The position numbers and the translations under genes are program-made. This document shows positions 1 through 9,702 of a stretch of 64,000 nucleotides of DNA, piece by piece. Source of the DNA: a virus; IMG/VR virus record IMGVR_UViG_3300010938_000004, positions 1 through 64,000 of that record; one strand, given 5' to 3'. Numbering within the stretch: the first letter of the stretch is position 1; every line of letters begins with the position of its first letter. The notes beneath the pieces were generated by a model that was not told the origin of the DNA, ran no database searches, and was given only the letters and a program-made list of their open reading frames with translations.

Positions 1-234
1 CACCAAGGCACTTTAGCGAAAGACACAGACCCTAATGTCCGCCGGTACCTTGCCCGGAACACGTCTCTACACGAAAAACACCAAGGCACTTTAGCGAAAG
101 ACACAGACCCTGATGTCCGCCGGTACCTTGCCCGGAACACGTCTCTACACGAAAAACACCAAGGCACTTTAGCGAAAGACACAGACCCTGATGTCCGCCG
201 GAACCTTGCCTGGAACACATCCTTACACGAAAAA
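1..234 (+). repeat. 78-bp coding tandem repeat, at least 3 copies (26-aa HEAT/LRV-like repeat)
   Basis: Units 1-78, 79-156 and 157-234 are nearly identical and translate HQGTLAKDTDP(N/D)VRR(Y/N)LA(R/W)NTSLHEK. Confidence 0.95.
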
Positions 235-1800
235 TACCTACACGCGCTGGCGCAGGACTCGCACGCAAACACAGCGGAGGCAGCTAAACGGCAGCTCAAG
301 TCTAGGGGGCTTTTGAAATCCGATTCTCACCAAAGTGAGAACGAGTCTCAGATGCCCCAGCACCAAGCTCCCAAAGCCGAATTGCCGACCCGCGACCTGA
401 GCGATCCGGATGACAAAAAACGGGCTCACGTCGATGCGGCCCTCCACCACGCCGCCTGGTACGCCGGCCACCAAGGCATGCACGAGATGGATAAACACCT
501 GCCCCAGAAGATGAAAAAGTCGCTTGAGCCGGGGATGTCCTACCAGGATCTGGCCAAGGCCAAAATTTACGATTTCCAATCGAAGAGGCTGGTTGCAGAT
601 CTGCCTTCAGTTGAGACCCCTAAGAGAGGCATCGGCACCAAAACAGATCGGCCGGTTAACTTCGTACCCCAGGAGCGCTCCCCCAAGGAGGCGATAGATT
701 TTTTGCGTTTGCGATTCAAAGGACATGATGCGCTGTCTTTTATTGACACGCACCAGTGGCACGGCCACGATGAGCCGTATGTCGGCGGTGACGCAACAAA
801 CATTATGTGGCGCAAACACGAAGGCGACTCAAATCCAAAGACCGGCCATAAGCCGCGCTGGAACGAACCCCATCCTTTCCCGGTGCATCCCGACAAAGTG
901 AATCACGGCGGGACTCTCGGCAAGCGCGTTGCCACGGGCGGCGGCGAACCGTTCCCGTGGATAGACCTGAAGTATGGCGTCAGCAAGCAGATTCTGAAAG
1001 ACAACAAAGACAAGGATCTGACGATCCACACGCGCTCAGACCTCATTGCTCACGATGACTACATGAAGCATCTCACCCCGGGTAAACACAAAATCAAGAT
1101 GCACGTTATGGCCGACAACGACCGCCTGTCTCGTCAGCTGGAGCCCGGTGCTCCAAGCGTCGCGCGCCGCATGGCTGCGGCAAAGAAACTTCGCGATGCT
1201 GGCCATGACGTCACGATCGTGCACGACCAAGTCGAAGGCATCCATGGACATCCGTCAGCGGATCTTCTCGTTGGCAAACACAACGAGGAATTTGGCGAAT
1301 TTAAGCGTGAAGTGAACCAGGTCAAAACTACCGCCAAAGGCAAAGCCCGAATCAAAAGGGCGCTTGGCGGAACGATTGATGAGGCATTCCCGCAGTCCCA
1401 TGGCCCCAGGCTCGTGAAGGCGATCTTGCAGGCCAAGTCCGACCTTTTGAAGGCCAAGATCTACGACCTAAAGACCAAGGAGAAGCTGGCCGATCTGCCC
1501 TCCACGCAGACTCCCAAAGAAGGGGTTCCTGTAGTGCGCGACGGCAAGAAAGAGATCGAGACCAAGACTTACGTGAAAGAGAAATTCAAGCCCACCAAGC
1601 CCAATAGAACCAAGCAGGGGGATGGCGACGTCGAGAAAAAAGATGACAATCAGCCGCTCTGTGAAAATTGCGGCGGCAGCGTCGAGGTGGTAGGAGATAG
1701 TCAGACGTGTGCGAAGTGCGCGCAACCATTGCGCAAGGCCGTCTATTCTATGACCTCCGGCAAACGAATCGACAAAGACCTCGATGAGTCCGATCTGTGA
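1..1800 (+). CDS. Modular (polyprotein-like) phage protein, 5'-partial: HEAT/LRV-like repeats plus a Cys-less radical-SAM(SplB/Rv2578c)-like domain
   Basis: Frame +1 is open from base 1 into the 313..1800 ORF with no stop. Repeats LAKDTDPDVRRYLARN; motif EPFPWID..IHTRSDLI..LSRQLEPGAPS..RRMAAAKKLRDAG; several LxK[SA] motifs. Confidence 0.7.
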   Translation, partial: HQGTLAKDTDPNVRRYLARNTSLHEKHQGTLAKDTDPDVRRYLARNTSLHEKHQGTLAKDTDPDVRRNLAWNTSLHEKYLHALAQDSHANTAEAAKRQLKSRGLLKSDSHQSENESQMPQHQAPKAELPTRDLSDPDDKKRAHVDAALHHAAWYAGHQGMHEMDKHLPQKMKKSLEPGMSYQDLAKAKIYDFQSKRLVADLPSVETPKRGIGTKTDRPVNFVPQERSPKEAIDFLRLRFKGHDALSFIDTHQWHGHDEPYVGGDATNIMWRKHEGDSNPKTGHKPRWNEPHPFPVHPDKVNHGGTLGKRVATGGGEPFPWIDLKYGVSKQILKDNKDKDLTIHTRSDLIAHDDYMKHLTPGKHKIKMHVMADNDRLSRQLEPGAPSVARRMAAAKKLRDAGHDVTIVHDQVEGIHGHPSADLLVGKHNEEFGEFKREVNQVKTTAKGKARIKRALGGTIDEAFPQSHGPRLVKAILQAKSDLLKAKIYDLKTKEKLADLPSTQTPKEGVPVVRDGKKEIETKTYVKEKFKPTKPNRTKQGDGDVEKKDDNQPLCENCGGSVEVVGDSQTCAKCAQPLRKAVYSMTSGKRIDKDLDESDL

Positions 1801-1854
1801 CATCTGAGTACCGCTAGAGAGCTTCCTCATGGTCATCCCGCCCGCAAGGGCAGC

Positions 1855-2277
1855 ATGCTTCTTGTGGGGGCCCAAAATTGGTTGAGGGCTCATGGCGCTC
1901 CAGTCCAGACACACGACATCCATCTATTGTTTCATCCACACTCCGCTCCGCACTGGACAATCGGGGCTGTGTCGATTGATCGCAAATCTGGCAAGGCGCT
2001 GTATCACAAGGCCGAGCACTATGACATCAACGAGGCCCATAAGCAGCTTTTGACTAACATCAAATCGGATCTTGAGGCGGGCAAGGGTCACGATGTCTCT
2101 GAGCATCAGCGAAGGCTTTTGGACAACTCTATCTACAGAATGGGCAAGCTTTCCCATAGGGACATTTTGGGCCTTGAGCCATATGAGACTAGTGGGCACT
2201 CTGAAAGGCTGTATGCGGAGAATGGGAACCCTGGTTATAAGCAACCTGGGCGAATACCTGGTAATGAATCGAAATGA
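1855..2277 (+). CDS. Hypothetical protein; same frame as 1..1800, separated by one TGA
   Basis: Frame +1 is open from 1801 to 2277; His-rich like the upstream protein. Confidence 0.55.
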   Translation: MLLVGAQNWLRAHGAPVQTHDIHLLFHPHSAPHWTIGAVSIDRKSGKALYHKAEHYDINEAHKQLLTNIKSDLEAGKGHDVSEHQRRLLDNSIYRMGKLSHRDILGLEPYETSGHSERLYAENGNPGYKQPGRIPGNESK

Positions 2278-3035
2278 GCAAGAAGATACTCAACTTGCTG
2301 CGCGCGAAGTCAGCTCTTTCCCGAGCCATGGCTGGCGAGCTGAGTGACTTCGTGAAATCCAAAAACGTCCGCGAGAAGACTCGCAATATCACGCACGCAC
2401 AAGCCGACGCTCGTCGCGAGCAGTATGCTAACAAACTAGGCCTGAAGGTGGAGCAGATGTATTGGAATAATCCCGCTCATTATGATGAAGATTTAAAAGG
2501 AAACAAGTACCCAAGGGCGCACGGCAGTAAGCTTAGAGTTGGCGGCCTCTTCGGGGTCGACCACGAATTGGCACATGCGATGATGACGCCTGAGGGGCGG
2601 ACCGTTCGTCAGCACCAGAAGTTCTTAACTGACAATGCCTCTTATGATGATGAGAAAGATTACAGGACGCTGGGTGAGCATGGCCATTCTCATGTCAGGG
2701 CGGTTGACGCAGAAAACATTGCTCGGGTATTGGAAGACAAGATTGACCGACGTGCTGGCGTTAGAAAGCCCAATGCGTTCCGCAGTCGCTCAGCTATTGA
2801 CGACAAGAAACATTTCGATACCTCAGCTCAACAGATGCCCGCCGATGGGGCGGGTGGAGTAGAATCGCTGATGGGTCCCGATGAAGGCTCTGAGGACTAC
2901 CACCGGCGCATCTCTGAAGAAGCCTCCCGCATAGCGCGGCAGTTCGACGAGGGTTTGAAGACCTTCAAGCGCGGCAAAGTTGTGGCGCGCGAGACCCTCG
3001 ACACTAAGATCAGCCAACGAGTCAAGAAAGGGTGA
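2274..3035 (+). CDS. HExxH zincin-like metallopeptidase-domain protein
   Basis: DHELAHA with a downstream E (DAENIA); ATGA overlap with the previous ORF. Confidence 0.55.
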   Translation: MSKKILNLLRAKSALSRAMAGELSDFVKSKNVREKTRNITHAQADARREQYANKLGLKVEQMYWNNPAHYDEDLKGNKYPRAHGSKLRVGGLFGVDHELAHAMMTPEGRTVRQHQKFLTDNASYDDEKDYRTLGEHGHSHVRAVDAENIARVLEDKIDRRAGVRKPNAFRSRSAIDDKKHFDTSAQQMPADGAGGVESLMGPDEGSEDYHRRISEEASRIARQFDEGLKTFKRGKVVARETLDTKISQRVKKG

Positions 3036-3154
3036 GGACCTGGCCAAGTCTCCATTCGTGAGTTATGCGTACGATTCGGAATTTCACGTCGAGGAGCTGG
3101 GAGAGCACAAGGCAACCGTGAAACACAAAGGATAAGGATATACGATCCATCGCT

Positions 3155-3523
3155 ATGGAGAAAATTGATGGCAACCATTGGACTCATTACGCCATTACTC
3201 ACGACGACAGGCCCAAAGCAGCCCTCTGTTATGTCCATTATTTACCACGACCCAGAGAATTACACCGATCGTCTCGGCCGACTGTCGCTTACTTATTCAC
3301 GTCAGAGAAGCACCGGGGCAAGGGGATGAACACAGCCATTCGCTCCCTGACCTTGAAGGGCCACAACGTACTGACCAGTGATACGTCCTTGACCCTTGAC
3401 TCCCAGAGGCAGCGGGAACGTTTCGCCCGCAAGTCAGGGGTGCGCGCCAAAATGGGCTTGATAGGCGATGAAGATCAACATGTTATAGCCCTAAAAGGCA
3501 AACGGCCCAAGAAGCCTCACTGA
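3155..3523 (+). CDS. GNAT-like acetyltransferase
   Basis: YLFTSEKHRGKG acetyl-CoA motif; LTSDTSLT resembles LSSDFALS of the second GNAT in 14348..19105. Confidence 0.55.
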   Translation: MEKIDGNHWTHYAITHDDRPKAALCYVHYLPRPRELHRSSRPTVAYLFTSEKHRGKGMNTAIRSLTLKGHNVLTSDTSLTLDSQRQRERFARKSGVRAKMGLIGDEDQHVIALKGKRPKKPH

Positions 3524-3577
3524 TCAACCACTTACAACCTACCTCGACGGACGACTTTGGCTGGGTATGATCTACCT

Positions 3578-4006
3578 ATGCCCAGGTACTGCAAGAACCT
3601 TGAGTGGCTTCGCCCGTTTGTAGAGGCGGCAGCCAAAAAGCGACTCTTCCCAGCTCACAGGCTGGTGCGGGTCCGCGGCTATCGCACCTCCCTTGGCAGG
3701 GAGGAGTCTCAGTACGGTTCGTGCGCCTGGGAAGGACCGTGGTTTTACGTAAATCTCCGCACCCACGTGAAGATACCCTCCACCGGGCGACGCAGGTGGT
3801 ATCATCGGCCGTGTAGAGCCAGTACAATTCTGGGCTTTTTGGCGCACGAACTATCCCACATGACACATAAGGACCACGACGCCGCTCACCTGGCCCTTGA
3901 GGCTCGCATTCTTGCGGTATTCGCAGCCACCGCTCACAGGCTGGGGGTGCGCGACCTCTCGGCCCATTACGATCGGGTCCGTCTTGACACAAAGCGTAAA
4001 AACTGA
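3578..4006 (+). CDS. WLM/SprT-like HExxH metallopeptidase
   Basis: LAHELSHMTHKDHD; ATG 3578 lies 6 nt after TATGAT. Confidence 0.55.
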   Translation: MPRYCKNLEWLRPFVEAAAKKRLFPAHRLVRVRGYRTSLGREESQYGSCAWEGPWFYVNLRTHVKIPSTGRRRWYHRPCRASTILGFLAHELSHMTHKDHDAAHLALEARILAVFAATAHRLGVRDLSAHYDRVRLDTKRKN

Positions 4007-4096
4007 GACGATTTACTCTTAACAGGAGGAGTGATGAAGGATCGGCCGTCACCACCTTCATGTGGGCTGTCGACTGGAGACGACAGGGGAGGGATC

Positions 4097-4357
4097 ATGA
4101 AAATCAATTACTACAAGGTTAAGCTGAGTCAGGGCGAGACAGTCGTCCGCGCGATAAGCCAGCAAGACGCCGAGCGCTGGGGAATGGCAGAGTTCGGTCG
4201 GTCGAGCCTTGTGTCGGCGGAGTTGGCCACAGACAAGTATATGGAATGGGTGAAAGCTATGGGTGGAATTATTCATCTCACTACGCGCGCTGTTACAAAC
4301 GCGGAGGTCTGTGTGAAAAGACCATGCAGATCCTTGAGAAAGAAGGCCCCCAAGTGA
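4097..4357 (+). CDS. Hypothetical protein
   Basis: RBS GGGAGG before ATG 4097. Confidence 0.5.
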   Translation: MKINYYKVKLSQGETVVRAISQQDAERWGMAEFGRSSLVSAELATDKYMEWVKAMGGIIHLTTRAVTNAEVCVKRPCRSLRKKAPK

Positions 4358-4983
4358 GTGACTCATACATCAAAGTCCAGGGTTTGCCTAAGATGACGCC
4401 CAAAAGGGCGATGTCTCTTCATAGGAAGCTTGGCGTCGCCCTGGACAAGTTGAGCTGCCGCATTGATGCTCAGCATGAGCGCATGCGCTTTGGCTTGTCA
4501 AAAAAGGAGTTAGGAGAGTTTTCTCAATTGCTCAATGACATGGTCGAAGCGTTGCGCCAGCCTGGATGGCCCAAAGATGGGGCGGTGTCTCAGTTTGGTG
4601 TGTCAGCCTCATACAAACGCTTGACCATCAAGATTGCAGCTAAGGATGAGCAGTTCATGTGGGTGAACGTGTTGCTAAGTGGGCCACATCCAGTGGATGA
4701 GTTGGGGCGTACTCATATGGGGCCGCAGTTTTCATTGCGGTTTAGCGATCAGCTGATCGCGATCTTTGGTGGTCTTCCTGGATTTAGCTGCACCGAGCCG
4801 TGGGGCGGGGGTACGTATCAGAGCGCCATATTGAAGGCTGAAGTCGGCAACATGCCAAAATCGCTAGTGGTGGCTGGCAATAATTACGCTGACTCTGAAA
4901 CGCCGGTCGAAGCGCTGAACAAATTTGATGAATGGTTCAATAAAGCGCTGCGTCGCGTGCGCAAACAAAGAGAGCGTAAGTAA
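4354..4983 (+). CDS. Hypothetical protein
   Basis: GTGA overlap with the upstream ORF and TAATG coupling with the next. Confidence 0.55.
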   Translation: MSDSYIKVQGLPKMTPKRAMSLHRKLGVALDKLSCRIDAQHERMRFGLSKKELGEFSQLLNDMVEALRQPGWPKDGAVSQFGVSASYKRLTIKIAAKDEQFMWVNVLLSGPHPVDELGRTHMGPQFSLRFSDQLIAIFGGLPGFSCTEPWGGGTYQSAILKAEVGNMPKSLVVAGNNYADSETPVEALNKFDEWFNKALRRVRKQRERK

Positions 4984-5432
4984 TGCACGACCTGGTGTGT
5001 GCCATAGCGACAGGCCTGGTCACCCTCTACACGACGCAGGCGCAAGAGCTTAGGGCGCTCTCGTCGGTGGAGTCTGCCTTCGGGTCGAACATGAACCACG
5101 CCCTCATCCTGACCGGCATCCACGCCGGCACCGCAGCCGGAGGGCGATACGGAATCATGCCCAAGACCGCCCGCCCTGTGATGTGCCCGCAGCACCCCGC
5201 CTGCCACAGCGACCTGGCTATCGCTCAAGCTTTGACCCAGGACTCGGTGCTGGACCATCATGTGGCAAAAGTGTTGTGGTCGAAGCTTAGGCAGACGAGG
5301 CCCGCGCTGCGCTCCGCGGCAGCCTGGTACTACGGCCCAGCCTGGGACCCCGAGAAGACTGACGAGCAGGTGTGCGCTTCTCCCTACGTGCGCAACTACG
5401 CTGAGGCACTCCTCAAGGAGGTTGCTCGATGA
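4983..5432 (+). CDS. Lytic transglycosylase (SLT/lysozyme-like) domain protein
   Basis: SVES catalytic-Glu motif, AGGRYGIMPKT, AAAWYYGP and terminal YVR resemble SLT motifs. Confidence 0.55.
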   Translation: MHDLVCAIATGLVTLYTTQAQELRALSSVESAFGSNMNHALILTGIHAGTAAGGRYGIMPKTARPVMCPQHPACHSDLAIAQALTQDSVLDHHVAKVLWSKLRQTRPALRSAAAWYYGPAWDPEKTDEQVCASPYVRNYAEALLKEVAR

Positions 5433-5899
5433 CACCCCTATCTTTTGGTTGGCACCCTGGCAGCCAGCTGGAACTCAACGCATACATAGAGAGACTGTTC
5501 CAGCGTAATTTCGATGTGATGTTAAAAATGGATGTGTGCCAGTGTGCCACGTGCGCTGCTAGAGATCTCCAGTTTCCCGCGGCATCTACATACTCGGCGC
5601 TTGATGCCATTTATGTACGGCCATCTTCTGACGTCTACTCTGTCCTGTACAATTTTGTTCAGCACGCCGCTCTTGGCGCCGGGGGCAGATATCGCCGAAC
5701 CGACTGGCGCTTATCTCTGAATAGAGCTACTTTTAAGCAGGACCTTAACCGGTTGCTGTGTAGTTTGGCCGCTTTTGAGATGAAGCCGTGTAAAGTGGAT
5801 GAACATCGGGAGTTTTGGAAGGAGCGGGAGCGGAAATGGGAACACGTAACGATCGCCCTATCTTTGACTTCTGCGGTCCTTGATAGGACGGGAGGATAA
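5429..5899 (+). CDS. Hypothetical protein
   Basis: RBS AAGGAGG, ATGA overlap. Confidence 0.55.
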   Translation: MTPLSFGWHPGSQLELNAYIERLFQRNFDVMLKMDVCQCATCAARDLQFPAASTYSALDAIYVRPSSDVYSVLYNFVQHAALGAGGRYRRTDWRLSLNRATFKQDLNRLLCSLAAFEMKPCKVDEHREFWKERERKWEHVTIALSLTSAVLDRTGG

Positions 5900-6237
5900 A
5901 ATGGACTATCCTTTTAAGCATACGAAGTTTCAGCCATCCATGGAAGAGTGGCGCCGCCCTAAGTGCGGCATGGACCATGGGGTGTTTACCATAGAGACCG
6001 GCTGCGTCGGACCACACACTGCTTCACGAAGAGGATGGCGTCTATTGCCGCAATTGCGAGTATATATAGGTGACGGGCGCAGGGTGGCATAGGCCATTAA
6101 GCGCAAGTTGGACAAGGCCCAGCGAGACGCGGGGCTGGTTACCTGCCCACACTGCAAAGGATCTGGCAAGGTTCCTAAGGGTCAATAGTTGGGAGGTGGC
6201 CCTTGATAACGTGCGTTAGATGGTGTACCATCTAAAA

Positions 6238-6474
6238 ATGCGAAACTTACTCGCAAGCCGGGTCCTAACCCTACTACTCCTGACGATGACTGTGGCCGCA
6301 TGCGGCCACGTGTACGTTGGTGACTATCGAGATGCATATAGGACGCAAGTTACCTGCAGCGAAGAGCCTCGCCACGGGAATCCATTCAGTAAGTCTCCCG
6401 ATAAGGGGATGTGCGAGATTAGGCTGGTGCCTAAGGCATCGTGGTACGGCCCAGATCGCCCCTCCAGGGACTAG
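6238..6474 (+). CDS. Small lipoprotein
   Basis: Signal peptide with lipobox VAAC; TTGATA-17-TACCAT promoter ends 6 nt before the ATG. Confidence 0.5.
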   Translation: MRNLLASRVLTLLLLTMTVAACGHVYVGDYRDAYRTQVTCSEEPRHGNPFSKSPDKGMCEIRLVPKASWYGPDRPSRD

Positions 6475-6500
6475 CGCTCGGCGCGTGGTATAATTTATTC

Positions 6501-7349
6501 ATGGGACGCAAGAACAGACCTTCCCCCACCGTCCCCCACGGCTTTAAGATGCCAGGCATCTCCCTGGGCACCATGACTCCGCCTAAGGTGAGTCCCACAC
6601 TCAACCCCGAGGCATTCCACACGCTGGTGCAGTCACACGGCATACGCATGGTGCATGCGCGCCCCATCCCCTGCCCTTGCGTGCGGGACCTGCGCGGAGG
6701 CGACTCCACCCCCAGTTGTAGTCTGTGCAATCAGGGCTTTCGTTTCTACCAGCCTGTCGAGTTCGTGGGCGTGATGCAGCAGAACACCATGGGCCTGCGG
6801 ACGCAGCAATACGGGGCGCTACAGGTGGACACCGCGGCCATCATCATGCCTCTCAGGGACATCAATGGTGGCACGATGGATGTACAAGTCTTTGACAGAA
6901 TCACGCTTCCGAATCACTCGGTTCGCTACTGGCAGAGGGTGGAGCACTCTCAGACCGGGATAGACCTACTGTCATTTCCGGCCATCAAGGTAGAGATCTT
7001 AGTTGACCGCGAAGAGAATGTCTACAAGCAGGGCGTGGACTTTAATCTGGACGATGCGGGCAGGATCGTATGGACCGGCCAGCGGCGCCCCAAGTGGGAC
7101 CCGATCCAAGAGCAGGGAGGGATTTACTCCGTCTCCTACTACATGCGGCCGGTATTCACCATCATCCAGATACCGCACCAGATCCGGTCTACCCAAGTTC
7201 AGTCGCAGCGGGGGCCTGGCACGACGAATGACCAACAGTTTCATCCTCAGCTAGTGGTGGTGAGGAAGGACTTCATTCCCGAAAGTAAGTCCTACTACTC
7301 CGAAGAGACACTTAGCGCTGATTTCGATCGTGGTTCCATCAGGCGGTAG
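6501..7349 (+). CDS. Head completion/neck protein (Herelleviridae-like)
   Basis: PCPC..CSLC, YKQGVDF..GRIVW..P..YSVSY; TGGTATAAT 6 nt before ATG 6501. Confidence 0.6.
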   Translation: MGRKNRPSPTVPHGFKMPGISLGTMTPPKVSPTLNPEAFHTLVQSHGIRMVHARPIPCPCVRDLRGGDSTPSCSLCNQGFRFYQPVEFVGVMQQNTMGLRTQQYGALQVDTAAIIMPLRDINGGTMDVQVFDRITLPNHSVRYWQRVEHSQTGIDLLSFPAIKVEILVDREENVYKQGVDFNLDDAGRIVWTGQRRPKWDPIQEQGGIYSVSYYMRPVFTIIQIPHQIRSTQVQSQRGPGTTNDQQFHPQLVVVRKDFIPESKSYYSEETLSADFDRGSIRR

Positions 7350-7615
7350 TACAAAGAAGCGCCCGCCTTTAAGGCGTGACTGTTGTGCATATCGAACGCA
7401 TGAGTGGCTAAAATCGTCTCAATCTTACGAAGCAAGAGCCATCCGCTAAATGTGCCGTAGTTTACCCGCCGCCCATCGCCTATCTCTACAAATCAGACTC
7501 CAGGCACGAGGCGCCTTAAGGCGGCATCGCAACTCTTCAGACGGATCGTCTACATATATGTCAAAGCGCCAGTGGTCGCACTCCTGTGGTTTGCTGCTCT
7601 CGGTGAAGAACATGG

Positions 7616-7903
7616 CTACCGACTCTGTCGGTAGTGTATGATGGTAAAAATCTCACTATCCATATGTTTCAAGTAGGTTCCGTAAAATAAGTGAGCCGCC
7701 AGGATCAGTTCGGCTGTGCGAATCTCGTCGAGAGTTTTGGGGCTACACATTGCTGTCTGGTATCGAATCCCACGGTCCTGGGGGGGGGTAAGCAAGAAGC
7801 GCTCCAGGGCGGCCGCCAACTCACTTGTGGGGTTTATCAGGTACAGGTAATAGCGGCGCCTGTCGTTTCTGTGTCGCACATCGTCGGCTGAGAATAAAAA
7901 CAT
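7616..7903 (-). CDS. Hypothetical protein (ELxLA paralog family)
   Basis: IRTAELILAAHLF motif shared with the two neighbouring genes. Confidence 0.45.
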   Translation of the reverse strand: MFLFSADDVRHRNDRRRYYLYLINPTSELAAALERFLLTPPQDRGIRYQTAMCSPKTLDEIRTAELILAAHLFYGTYLKHMDSEIFTIIHYRQSR

Positions 7904-7912
7904 TTTCTACCC

Positions 7913-8257
7913 CTAAGCCTCATCTGCAAGCTCGTATTGGACCAGATAGAGCACTTCCGCTGCGTCATCGAAGGGCGTTATATTTTTGACATATCTACCA
8001 GTGAACCCAAAGCTGGCGAGTGTCAGTTCCACCGCCCTGATTGTTTCGCGACCTTTCACATCTAATGTAAACTTTTTGCCGCCAGTGATTTCGTATTCGA
8101 TATGCATGGTCGCCGTGGCAGCCGATGCCATGATGGCATCTTCTAACATCAAGGCTTGAGACTTAGTCATGCAACTGGCTGGGACACAGATGGTCATCGT
8201 TGCTTTTATTGTCCTTGGGTAATTGTCGAGGATGTAACTGGACAAGAACATGCTCAA
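7913..8257 (-). CDS. Hypothetical protein (ELxLA paralog family)
   Basis: IRAVELTLASFGF. Confidence 0.55.
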   Translation of the reverse strand: MSMFLSSYILDNYPRTIKATMTICVPASCMTKSQALMLEDAIMASAATATMHIEYEITGGKKFTLDVKGRETIRAVELTLASFGFTGRYVKNITPFDDAAEVLYLVQYELADEA

Positions 8258-8763
8258 GCCTTGTAAGAAAAAAAATGATAGAAGATGCCCATGCTGCCGG
8301 AGAATTTCACCATGCAGTGAGCATAGTTATCCATCCTATAGCCAAAGGCAGCCAGTAGCAACTCGCACTTTTTGAAAGTAAAGATGCTGTGAGTCATAAA
8401 ATGCATGTGCGTTTCCGCTGTACTTGTATATGTATATGAAATGCATTCCGAGTTGAGGCTTTTGAGCCGCGAGACTTCATTAATAATGATGGCCTCTTCC
8501 CATGTGGAGAGCTTGGATACGTCAACAGTGAACGCGGCGCGAAAGTCGGCGGCGCATGATGAGGGAAGCAGTCCCTGATTTTTCGCCTGGTTTGACAACG
8601 CATGAAAATGGTCGTCAATGTAGTCAAACGCGTGGGGACTTTTTATTTTGAAGAACCGAAACAACGGAAAGTGCGCCGTTTGATAAGCATATTTGGGGTC
8701 GATCCCTATGGATTTCAAAATTGACCCCAGCGGCCCTATCGTGAACTTAGGCTCACTGTCCAT
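8254..8763 (-). CDS. Hypothetical protein (ELxLA paralog family)
   Basis: FKKCELLLAAFGY; lower GC than the structural genes. Confidence 0.55.
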   Translation of the reverse strand: MDSEPKFTIGPLGSILKSIGIDPKYAYQTAHFPLFRFFKIKSPHAFDYIDDHFHALSNQAKNQGLLPSSCAADFRAAFTVDVSKLSTWEEAIIINEVSRLKSLNSECISYTYTSTAETHMHFMTHSIFTFKKCELLLAAFGYRMDNYAHCMVKFSGSMGIFYHFFSYKA

Positions 8764-8959
8764 CGAAGTGGCCCTCTGGATAGTTGCGGCGCTTTACGAA
8801 GCTTATCTCGTAGTTCTTGCCTTTCACGTGGGTGAACTTGTCGTCTTTCTCCTTGATGGAGATGGTGTTGCACTGGGCGCATTCGACTTGTCGCCCGGAT
8901 ACGTATACTCTAGTGGAGCCACAGCCCTTAACCGGGCACGTTGCTGGAGGGACTCTCAT
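8753..8959 (-). CDS. Small zinc-ribbon protein
   Basis: CPVKGC..CAQC; sigma70-like promoter directly upstream. Confidence 0.5.
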   Translation of the reverse strand: MRVPPATCPVKGCGSTRVYVSGRQVECAQCNTISIKEKDDKFTHVKGKNYEISFVKRRNYPEGHFDGQ

Positions 8960-8965
8960 GGAGAA

Positions 8966-8994
8966 AGTGTACTGGCTTTACTGCTATGCGTCAA
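8966..8994 (-). promoter_or_regulatory. Sigma70-like promoter, leaderless
   Basis: TTGACG-17-TACACT, 6 nt before ATG 8959. Confidence 0.6.
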
Positions 8995-9006
8995 CCTTGA
9001 TGTTAA

Positions 9007-9034
9007 TAGCTCAGTATGAGTAGCTCAGTATGAG
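9007..9034. repeat. 14-bp tandem duplication
   Basis: TAGCTCAGTATGAG occurs twice in tandem. Confidence 0.85.
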
Positions 9035-9063
9035 TCCATCGCACTTTGGTGTACCCTGCTTAG

Positions 9064-9443
9064 ATGCAAATGTCTCCGTTGCTCAGCAAGATGATGGCCG
9101 CACACGGAACTATGCCTACCTACAGCTCGGAGGCGCAACAACAGGCCGCCCTGGCCGACGTCTACGAAAGAGAGCTTCCTGGATGGTCCTGCGAGAGCAC
9201 AGACTCACAGACAAAGACAGGCCCGACTTCTTCGCACCGTCCGAGGGGATTGCTGTAGAACTTAAGACCCAGGGCAGTAGGGCCAGTGTCTTGCGTCAGC
9301 TTAATCGTTACGCGACTCACCCCGACGTCAAGGTGCTGTGTCTTGTGACCTCTAAGGCGAATCTGACTAAGATGCCAGCCTCTCTTAAGGGGAAGCCGCT
9401 CTATGTGACTTTTACTGGTTGGAGAGCGCTATGTACAGGATAG
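9064..9443 (+). pseudogene. PD-(D/E)xK nuclease-like gene, frameshifted near 9180
   Basis: N-half SSEAQQQAALA is in one frame; C-half REHRL..DRPDF..AVELK..RQLNRY is in another. Confidence 0.6.
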
Positions 9444-9702
9444 GGGCTAAGGCATTGCAGCTCAGAAAGTATCTCCCTTTATGATGTCGCTGTCATCTAC
9501 GAAACTTGTCTGCTATCATCTTATGTCGAGCCGGGACAGAAGCAATTGGTCTGGTGACCTCAGGGATACCCTGGACTCTCGTTCGATTCGAGAGCCGCAT
9601 AGCTGCGGGCGGTGGAGCTTTACTCCCACCTGCAGCCTTGCTGGCTGGCGCGCTGGAAGGTTCAATTCCTTCTTGTTTTGTCTCGGCTTTTTTGGAGTTT
9701 CG

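Noticed and set aside
1-234. CRISPR array
   Set aside because: The units are contiguous 78-bp near-identical copies with no unique spacers, and they encode an in-frame protein repeat.
9481-9702. N-terminal extension of the SNF2 helicase
   Set aside because: Atypical composition; a GGAG RBS precedes ATG 9703.
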